Shown here: piece after piece, positions 27,770 to 37,400 of the stretch
Layout of the letters: every line of letters starts with the position of its first letter
Position numbering within the stretch: position 1 is the stretch's first letter
From: an uncultured virus (IMG/VR IMGVR_UViG_3300042449_000787)
Lineage: Duplodnaviria; Heunggongvirae; Uroviricota; Caudoviricetes
DNA: 64,000 nucleotides
Virus record (IMG/VR): IMGVR_UViG_3300042449_000787
Reading direction: 5' to 3' (one strand)
Program-made: the position numbers and the translations under genes
The notes under the pieces: model-generated
What the model was told of the DNA's origin: nothing
Databases searched by the model: none
Seen by the model: only the letters and a program-made list of their open reading frames with translations

Positions 27770-29119
27770 ATGGAAGGAATTACAAAAGACGAATTATTAA
27801 ATTTTGCCGAAAATAGCAATAACACGCTTATACAAACTTTAGCTAAACAGAAAATGCAAGATGAATTTGCTGGCGATATAGTCGCTCAAAAAATGATTCA
27901 GCTTTCACAATTATTAGGTCAATCTAGTGGAGGTTCAAGCCTTGACGAAGAAGAAGTCAAAAGAATAGTTAGAGAGGAAATCGAAACTGATAAAATTACT
28001 TTTGAGGATTTAGATGACACCGTAAAAAAACTATTGTCTAATCAAACCGCTAATGTAACTTTAAATGTTACAAAAGGGGGTGTTGTAACTGTTGTTAAAT
28101 TAGCTTTAGACCCTGAGTTCAAAAGACCTTTAATACAAAAGATGCTTAGTGATGTTTTAGCAAGAAACAATGTGTATTTGTATGGTGGTGCAGGAACGGG
28201 TAAATCTTATTCTGCCAATATTCTAAAGAAAATATTAGGTTGGGATGTAATAGAAATTAGTTGTAGTCAATTTACTTCTGCATTAGAAATTATAGGAGGT
28301 CAAACTATCGATGGTTATCAAGAAGGAAAAGTTGTTAGAGCTTTTGGAAATTTAGATAAAAACGGTAATCCTACTGGTAGGGGATGTATTTTACTGTTAG
28401 ATGAGTTACCTAAAATCGACCCAAATACAGCAGGTATGTTAAATTCCGTGTTAGCTAGAGTTGGTGAATATAAAGATGGCATAGCATCGACTATACAAAA
28501 TGCAAGAGGAGATGTTATAGAACGTGGAGAATGTTTTATTATGGCTACTGGAAATGCGTTGTTAAACACAAAAGACCCAGATTACGAAGCTAACTTTAAG
28601 CAGGATTTATCGTTACAAGACCGTTTTGCTGGTTCTACTTACAAAGTGGTGGTAGACATTGAAGGTGAATGGGAAGGCATATTGAATAAAAAATGGGCTT
28701 TCATTTTTATTTATTTGAATAAACTAAGAAAGGCAATACAACAAGAAGGCTTTTTATCTAAAGCTTTTGTTTCTATTCGTTTAATCATGTCTGTTCAAAA
28801 AACTTACAATGTATTTAGACAAGTTAAAGAAAATGCAGGAAATGTTAAGTCTTTTAAACAAGATGAAGAGGTGTCTTACACTCCAGTAATTAATGAAAGA
28901 GGATTAGGGATAATAGAAGCTAGTCAAGTTAAAACGGTTAAAGACTCTATGGACGAATTTTTCAGCTTATTCACAACAGAACAATCTGATATTTTGAAAA
29001 GCAAAACGGATTATGAGGGATGGTTGCGTATTGTGAATGAAAAGAACAAAATTCCAATGGACAAATTAAATACTCCATCTGAATTAGAAGAAGTAAAAGA
29101 AATTATAAAAAATAAATAA
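27770..29119 (+). CDS. MoxR/CobS-like AAA+ ATPase
   Basis: GGAGTGKS Walker A, LLLDE Walker B, ATGN sensor, DLSLQDRF Arg finger. Confidence 0.88.
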   Translation: MEGITKDELLNFAENSNNTLIQTLAKQKMQDEFAGDIVAQKMIQLSQLLGQSSGGSSLDEEEVKRIVREEIETDKITFEDLDDTVKKLLSNQTANVTLNVTKGGVVTVVKLALDPEFKRPLIQKMLSDVLARNNVYLYGGAGTGKSYSANILKKILGWDVIEISCSQFTSALEIIGGQTIDGYQEGKVVRAFGNLDKNGNPTGRGCILLLDELPKIDPNTAGMLNSVLARVGEYKDGIASTIQNARGDVIERGECFIMATGNALLNTKDPDYEANFKQDLSLQDRFAGSTYKVVVDIEGEWEGILNKKWAFIFIYLNKLRKAIQQEGFLSKAFVSIRLIMSVQKTYNVFRQVKENAGNVKSFKQDEEVSYTPVINERGLGIIEASQVKTVKDSMDEFFSLFTTEQSDILKSKTDYEGWLRIVNEKNKIPMDKLNTPSELEEVKEIIKNK

Positions 29120-30792
29120 TGCAATTAGACAACTTATTTGAGGTAATTAAACAAGTAGGGCAAAAGCCCTTTGCTTCTTTTGTAAGTAGTTCAACTTCGG
29201 CTTCTGTTCAAGGCTCTTCATCATTTGATAATATGAGTACAAATGGCTTTATTTTTCAGCAATTTAAAACACTAGAGGATGCTTTTAATAAGAAAAGCGA
29301 AATAGAGGCTAAAATAAAGAAAAAAAGGTATGAAACAATAGCATTATCGTATGTGTCAGAAGTAAGGTTTAATGATTATAAATCTTTTACAGATTACATA
29401 AATCAACCAAAACGTGATTTTGAAAAAACAAAGGAACTAAGTGCTTCTTTTATTGAAAACATAAAAACCTTAATAAATTTAGGAGGGCTTTTCAAAAATG
29501 ACAAAATTATAGTTACCGAAGATACTAGAGGTGTTTTTGACTTTGGACTAGCTAGTTTGGGATTATTCAGACCGATTGAATTTTATTCACAAGATTTAGC
29601 TGATGATATAAAAGCAGGAATAGTTAATAATCCTTTCCCTAGTTATGAAAATGGAATTGTTGATGGCGATAATATAAAAAAACAAGTTATAGGCGAACTA
29701 AGTATTTTTACATACGTTCTTGACGGTAAAAAATACGATTGCGAAAGAAGACAAAGAGGAGCCACTAAAGTTTTTAAAACCTTTTTTGAAGAGTGCTTTT
29801 TGAAACCAGATAAAGATGGACTTTTGATAACCTACTACCTTGAAAATAAAGAAAAGGTTTTTAATGGTAGAGGTGATGTTAGATTGAAATACGCTTCTAG
29901 CAACAAAAAGTCTTACTTGATTTACAATAAGAAAGATGATTCTGTAAAGAATGTAGATATTTTTATGCCCATAAATCTTATGGGAGTTCAAGACGGTGCT
30001 AGAGCTTTGGCTTTATTGCCTGCTTATCTAATATCTGCATCATTAGAAAACTTTGGTATTCAGTCAAGAATTAGCGCATTGAGGTTAGGCTCTGATGAAG
30101 AAACTTCAATAACTATTTCAATACCAGTTAAGGATTACGAAGAATCCACGAATGAAGCTTTTAATAAAGCATTTACCTTACTTTCTTTAGAAAGTGCTGG
30201 AGGAAGTTTTTTTGCTTTTCATAAGGTTATTGCTGGAAATGAAGGTATTCAAGCAAATCCAACTAAGGTTACTAAAGCAGGATTTGATAGTGTTTATTAT
30301 TGGTCGCAAAGGTATATTGACGATATGATGCAACGATACAAAAATTGGGCTAATGTAAACAAGGATAAGGATTTTGTTAATACAAAGGTTATAAATCAAA
30401 ATTTTCAATTTGGTTTAACAACTCCAGATAATTCTCCAGTTGGTAGGGTATTAGGTTATGCTGATATTTTAGAAGGACTGCACCAAGTGTTTTATCTTTT
30501 CTATTTCTATATGGATTATTTATCTATTGAAATGTTGGATATGAAGGATTTTATTAAGAGCGTTTACACTAGATTTACAGAAGATGTTACTTTTAGAAAA
30601 ATATATCAAATGCCGAGTGCAAAAGACGAAATTAAAGCCCTATTAAGGTCTTATGTTTTGACAATGTTAGTTCAAAAATATAAGTTAGTTTCGGGTGGTG
30701 CTTATTCAGATACGGCAGAGCAAAAGCAAAACAAAGAGGAAACTTTTCAGAAGAAAGTAATTTCGTTGAACGAACAAATAAATAATATATAA
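29119..30792 (+). CDS. putative MoxR partner (divergent vWA/CobT-like)
   Basis: Coupled to the AAA gene; G.FD and LENFGI..VKDY segments; MIDAS not evident. Confidence 0.45.
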   Translation: MQLDNLFEVIKQVGQKPFASFVSSSTSASVQGSSSFDNMSTNGFIFQQFKTLEDAFNKKSEIEAKIKKKRYETIALSYVSEVRFNDYKSFTDYINQPKRDFEKTKELSASFIENIKTLINLGGLFKNDKIIVTEDTRGVFDFGLASLGLFRPIEFYSQDLADDIKAGIVNNPFPSYENGIVDGDNIKKQVIGELSIFTYVLDGKKYDCERRQRGATKVFKTFFEECFLKPDKDGLLITYYLENKEKVFNGRGDVRLKYASSNKKSYLIYNKKDDSVKNVDIFMPINLMGVQDGARALALLPAYLISASLENFGIQSRISALRLGSDEETSITISIPVKDYEESTNEAFNKAFTLLSLESAGGSFFAFHKVIAGNEGIQANPTKVTKAGFDSVYYWSQRYIDDMMQRYKNWANVNKDKDFVNTKVINQNFQFGLTTPDNSPVGRVLGYADILEGLHQVFYLFYFYMDYLSIEMLDMKDFIKSVYTRFTEDVTFRKIYQMPSAKDEIKALLRSYVLTMLVQKYKLVSGGAYSDTAEQKQNKEETFQKKVISLNEQINNI

Positions 30793-31115
30793 TGAGAAAT
30801 ACTGTAAAAATAACCCAAGAGCAAATTAAAGGTATGTACGAACATTTACAAAAGCTACCTGCTAACTCGCATAAAAAAGATTTAAAGATTTTTTACAATC
30901 CATTAATGCCAAAAAACGTATATATTAGATATACTAGTTTTTTTCTTGAACCCGATAATAGCATTAGTTCTAATGTGACATTGAGTTGTATTAAGCCTGA
31001 CGGTTCAAAAGGAAATTGCGCAGACGATTTTGATAATTTAAAACAAAGATTAGAATTTGAATCACAATTTTTACCAATCGATTTAGATGCTAATAGAAAC
31101 ATAGTTTTTTTATGA
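30792..31115 (+). CDS. hypothetical protein
   Basis: Coupled ORF. Confidence 0.65.
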   Translation: MRNTVKITQEQIKGMYEHLQKLPANSHKKDLKIFYNPLMPKNVYIRYTSFFLEPDNSISSNVTLSCIKPDGSKGNCADDFDNLKQRLEFESQFLPIDLDANRNIVFL

Positions 31116-31480
31116 GGAATTTTAAAAACATATCTGGAGACCTTTTAGCTATTGCATATTTACCTAAAGAGGATAGAAATTCTGCTTTGGAAGACTTGAA
31201 CATAATTATAGGCGCATATCCTGATAGCGATATATCAAGAGAGCAAAAGCAATTAATACAAGAAATTATTGAGGATTTAATTAAAGAAAATACTCTTATA
31301 GAAGGGGTTTCTCAAAAGCCAAAAGCGAAGACAAGAGCGACTAAAAAGAGTATTGAGCAAGTAGAGGTAGTCCAACCTGAAATCGTTGAAGAAGAAGTTG
31401 TACAAGAGCAACCTAAAGCAATAGTAGAGCAAGAAGTAGAAACCATAACATCAATAGAAGATATTGATGACGCATTTTAA
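31112..31480 (+). CDS. hypothetical protein, acidic C-terminus
   Basis: Coupled ORF. Confidence 0.65.
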   Translation: MRNFKNISGDLLAIAYLPKEDRNSALEDLNIIIGAYPDSDISREQKQLIQEIIEDLIKENTLIEGVSQKPKAKTRATKKSIEQVEVVQPEIVEEEVVQEQPKAIVEQEVETITSIEDIDDAF

Positions 31481-31499
31481 ACAATAAAACAAAAGAGAA

Positions 31500-34400
31500 A
31501 TGACTATTAAACAAAAATTCGAAAGGATAGACCAAAGCAAACTTGAGCCAAATCAAGTAAATGCCTTAAAAATTGTGGTAGATTTTACTGAAAATTTTAA
31601 AACAAAGGACAAGGAAAAAATTAAGATTACTAACGACAAGCTAGATACTATTATTGGTAAGTTGCAGGAAAAAAATCCTGATGCTTTGAAGCCAATTCCT
31701 ACTGCTAAAAAATCAGTAGGTGCTAAAAAAACTACTAGTGTTAAAACGCCAAAAAGAAATGTTTTTTCGGTTGCCAAAGAAATTAAGAAAGCAGGAGAAA
31801 CTTTTGAGCAAGCAAAGGTTAGAGCTTCTAAAATGATGAAGCAAGAAAAGGAAGAGGCTAATAAAATAGTCAAAACTGAAATGCAAAAGCTACAAGAGTA
31901 CATTAAAGAGCATAAAGAGCTTCAAGGTATTTCTGGAACTGATTTAGGTAGAGATGCGGTTAGAGTTGCTAAAGTTGGTGGTGTAAGAACTGTAACTCGT
32001 TCAGGCTCTACAACAAATCAATATGGTACTTTTGACAATAAGCTAGGTAGAAGATATAGCGAAAATAGAGAAAACCGTAAAGATAGACTTGCGCCAAACT
32101 ATCCTAAATATGCTCCTTTGTTGGAGAATGGTGGAGTGGTTAGAACTTTTGATGATGTTTTTGGAAAGACTAAAATTTTTAAAGAAGAAAAGGTAGGTAA
32201 ATTTACAATCGGAATAAGTAGTGGCTTTAGAGATAATAGACACGTTTATATTTACGAGGGAGGATTAGGAGAGTACAATGGAAAATCATTGCCAAAAAAC
32301 TTCAGACAATCTCCACAACTATCAATTTCTGAAGCAAACGACTATTATTCTCATTTAAAGAAAAAAAATGAGAAAATGGAATTAGGCGGTACTTTCGCTC
32401 CAAATGTTTCAAACGGAACTCAATTCATGGGTAGTGTTTATGCAAAAGGCGGAGACCTTAAAGGTTTTAGCGATAATCAACTTATGATAATGAATCAAAA
32501 TAATCAGCTAGAATATTACCAAGAAGAATTGGAGGATATTTTAGAAGATAAGACCGAAGTCCCTGCTTGGGTAGTTGCCGAGATGGCTACTGCCACTCAA
32601 AACATTTCTGATGTCACACATTATTTAGATGGAGAAAAAGAAATTTTAGAAGAAGAGCAAGAAAATTTAATGGAGCAAGAGGATGAAGACGAAGTAATTG
32701 TAAATAACATTCCTCTTCCTTCGGCTAAAAAAACTGAACTAACCAAAAAGTTTACTGAAGATGCTTTAGTTAATTTGAAAGGGTTCTTAAAAGGCAAAGA
32801 AGGAGTAGAGTTAGAAGACGATTATACTTTTATTTACAACGGAGAAAAATATGAAATTGAACCAATAATTGATAGTGATGATGATGGTGTTTTAAATGCC
32901 TTGTTTACAGTTTACAATAAAGATGATGAGGAAGTTGGAGAAATAACCTATATGCGTGGAAGTGGAAAACAAAAGTTTAATGCTAAATCAAATTTCTTCA
33001 AGTGGAGTAATACAAAATTTGCAGATGGTGGTGCTATAAAAAATCAATATGAGAGCAGGACAATCGAAAATATTTGGAATAATTGGACACTATCACAAAA
33101 ACTACATTTTTTAAGTGACCATTCTGAAGAGGTTTATGGAAGTCCATCGGTAAAAGGTCAAGTTAATAATAAAATAAATGAGTTTTTCGGTAAACTAATT
33201 TATCAAAAATATGACGATTTGCCTTTAAATACAAAAGTTGCTTTGATTATGCACACAACTCGTGGTCAATATGCTTATGGTGGAGGAATGGAAGGAAATA
33301 ACATTGATGCTGAATTAGAAGACTTTGATATAGATGAATTAGACGATTTTGAAACTATGCAGTACAATCAGTTTTTACCAAGTTCAGGTAAAGTTGGTGC
33401 ATTGCAGATTCTTATAAATAATGTTGAGGGAGATTATTCTCAATTAAGCGAAGAATTGGCTGAATTGGCTGAAAAGCAAATGTCAAGCGAAGAATATGAC
33501 GAAGCGACAAGGGATATGAGATTTGAAAGAGATGGGTACGCCAACGGCGGAATGATGGCTAAAGGCGGTGCTTTTAAACCTTACGGAAAAACAAAAGGAA
33601 GATATACAATAAATTACATAGCAGATTCTAAAAAGCAGTCAGAAATTTGGGAAACAAAAGAAATGGCTGTAACTAATGCAAAAAGATATACTAAAATTGA
33701 TGAATATTCAGATGTAATGGTTTTTGATGATAAAGGCACAAAAATAGATTTTCTATACGGAGGGTCTTATGCTGACGGGGGAGAATTAAAAGGCAAATTT
33801 TTAGCAGAAATTGGAGTTCCTTACAATTACGAAAAAGTTGTTGAAGATAAATTCGGATTTACTGAATTTTTATCAAAAACACTTACAAAAAAATGGTTTG
33901 GTAATGGTGTTTGGCGTGTTACAATGGTAAAGCCATTATTTGAAAAAAACTACGGGCAAAAAATAGTTGTTGAAATTGACATACCTTTAGGGGTAACTCA
34001 AGGAGGCGGGTTAGATAAGTTTGACGTTTTAGAATTTATGTCAAAAACATTAACTAAAAAATGGTTTGGTAACGGTGTCTGGAGTGTTGAAGTAGTTAAC
34101 AGTTACGCTGACGGTGGAGAGTTAAATGGACAAGAAACTATAAATTTAAAATCTTATAATATTCACGGTCAACTTTTAGATAGTGGTAAAATCGTTGTAG
34201 ATTACGATGATAGCACAATTCAGTTCCCATCGGGAAAAACACTTAAAGTTGTTCCCGACAGGGAGTTTACTTATAGGTTTCAAAAAACACAAATCAAAGC
34301 ATCACAAGGAATAAGAGGTTTGGTTGAGTTCTTAAAAGAAATAAACAATGAAAAAAGTCCTTTTAATCCGTCAGTAACAAGTTTATTTATTGATTTTGGC

Positions 34401-37400
34401 AAAGATGGTAAATACGCTAACGGAGGCTCACTTCCATTTATGACAGACCCTACTTTTGGAAACTTTCAAAATCAAGTTTATGCTAAAGGCGGTATTATTG
34501 TTACTAAAATTAAAGATATACCTAACTTGAAAGACAAGGTAGAAAAAGGACAAGTAACTTATAGAGGTTTGGGCTTAGGAAAATTGGCTGATGACTTTTA
34601 TAAATTAGCAGGTCAAAACGGAACTAGAATTAAAGTTGATGGGCAAGAGTATTTTATAACCGATGATGATTTTAAGGAATTGGATTGGGATTTTAAAAAT
34701 GAAAAATGGATGAACAAAGTTAGATTTAGTGCATCTGCTAGAAAATATGATATAGGCGGAGTTGTGGTTGAGGATTTAGCTGGTCATACTGGCGGTTCTT
34801 TTAGCACAAATACTCCAACTTTATTAAGTGGAGTTAGCGACACTAATTATGGTGGTCTTACAGGTGAAACTGGCGCTATGTCTGCTGGTGAAATGTTTGC
34901 AACAGGAGGTTCCCTTGAAGAATTTAGCGATAATCAACTTATGATAATGAATCAAAATGTTGAACTAGAACATCACCAAGAGGAATTGGAGGATATTTTA
35001 GAGGATAAGACTGAAATACCTGCTTGGGTAGTCGCTAAAATGGCTACTGCTACTCAAAGCATTTCTGATGTTACGAATTATTTAGACGGAGAAAAAGAAA
35101 TTTTAGAAGAAGATGACGAAATCGTAAATGAAACTACTCTTACTTTGGCAAAAAAAAATGAACTAACAAATAAGTTTACAGAAGACGCTTTGGTTAATTT
35201 CAAAGGGTTCTTAAAAGGTATGGAAGATATTGATTTGAGAGATGATTATAGTTTTGACTATAGAGGACAAAGATTTGAAATATACCCAATTGTAAACGCT
35301 GACGAAAATGGTGTTTTTGATGCCATGTTTAGTATTTTTAATGTGGATGGAGAAAAAGTGGGAGATGTTTCTTATAGTATCTACGGTGGAAAACAAAAGT
35401 TTACAGCCAACTCTGAATTTTTCGGTTGGAATAATACGAAGTTTGCATACGGTGGAAAGACTAAAATAGGGCAATCAATGAAAGAACTTTACATTGGACA
35501 AATTGCCTCATTAACAGGCACAAGAACAGTTGGTATTGAAAAGTTTTTAGATGATAATAAATTAACTGAATCTGAATTATCAAATTTGATGACAGGTATT
35601 GGTAGAGGTATGGTAAAAAGAAACGATTTTGTTACTGCTTTAGTAGGAGAAAAAGGAAACCCTATTCAAAAAGAAATAATTGCCTTTGCAAAATCTGATA
35701 AAGCATATAAAATGGCTTATGGCGGAGTTGTGGTTGAGGATTTAGCTGGTCATACTGGCGGTTCTTTTAGCACAAATACTCCAACTTTATTAAGTGGAGT
35801 TAGCGACACTAATTATGGTGGTCTTACAGGTGAAACGGGCGCTATGTCTGCTGGCGAAATGTTTGAAATGGGCGGAGGACTTCCATCTGGTGCAGAACAA
35901 AGGTATGTAGATTATTATTTAAACCCTTCTCCAATTTTAGCAGAAGGAGGTAAAGTAGATTCGTTCATCCCTAATGTTGGTACTATAGACAATTATATGT
36001 TAAAATCATTGTTGATTAGGAATCCTAAAGTAAAATTGGCTTTGGGTGACAAAGAATTTGAATTTTTAAAAAATAAAAATACTGATTGTATTGGAGTAAG
36101 TAGTAAACCGTATAACGTAATTGTTACAGATGGTAAAGAAGAGTTTGAGTTAGATATGAAAAAATGGTCGCTTACAAAACCTCTTACAGAAGCAAGAACT
36201 AAAATAAAATCTCATTATTCTGCAAATTACGCAGAAGGAGGTTCACTAGAAGCCCACGGTATAGAAGAAGGAGATACTTTTATTAAAACAATAGCAGGTA
36301 GTATTCAAAAAGTAAAAGATGTAGACGGAAAAATTGTTTTCATTAACCTATCTACGGGCGAAAGAGATTCTCAACCACCTTTGCCGTTTAAAAAAGGAGG
36401 CAATGTTGATGGCAAGTGGGTAAACCATAGTCAAGACTACGAGGTTAGATATGCAAAAGGTAAAAACCGACATGGTTACGGTCATATTAAATATTTAGGA
36501 GGCGGTGTAGTTGATGGGGCTTTAAACAAAAAAGTTTATGATTTAGCGAGTAAAAGCGGTTTTTTAATTAGTGATTGGAGTACTTCTGAATATAACTTAA
36601 TTTTAGCTCAAGCATTAGTTGAATCTTTAACGGATGCTAATTTCCACAGTGAAGCTAAAGAGGTTGTTGCTAAATTAGAAAAGAAACCGTGGTCTGATGA
36701 AATGTATGAAACAGTTTATTATGACCCTGATAAAGATGTTGTTGAATTTTCTATCACAGTAGCTAGAATTTGTGATTATGGTGGAGATGATATTGTAAAC
36801 GCATATTACTATTTGGCTAAAATGCAAGGCTCAAGCGTTGGTAATTTGATTGACGACTTATTTTTAAGTAAATCTAAAACAACTGGCTATAAAATAAAAC
36901 CAAGTACTGTTAGCTTTTCTATATTTGAAAAAATAATTAATGAAAGTAAATCTGAAGAAGATGCTTTTAACAAAGCAAGAGAAGTAAAAGGTATTCCTCT
37001 TGAAGTATCTAAATCTTTTATGAATAAATACGACCCAAATAGAGAATTAACACCTAGACAATCTTTTTCTAAATTTTATAAAGAAGTAAAAGCAAATGCT
37101 TCAAAACCAAGCACTGTTAGCTTCAAACCAACTGTTGAATTTAACGTAGGTGATGTGGTTTGGAATAAAGAAGATAAAAGATACGGAGTTGTAATGGATA
37201 ACTACGACAATAAGACAGACGGAAATAGAGGTGAAATAAGGCTTGATTCTACTGGCAATACTTATATTTTTGAATACGACAAAAAATCTAATAGAAACGG
37301 CTACAATCTTGTTAAGTTTGGCTCTAGCGAAGATGATGGAGACGGAGATGTTCAAGATATAAAAGACAGTGCCAATAGATTGATAAAATCTCAAATTGAA

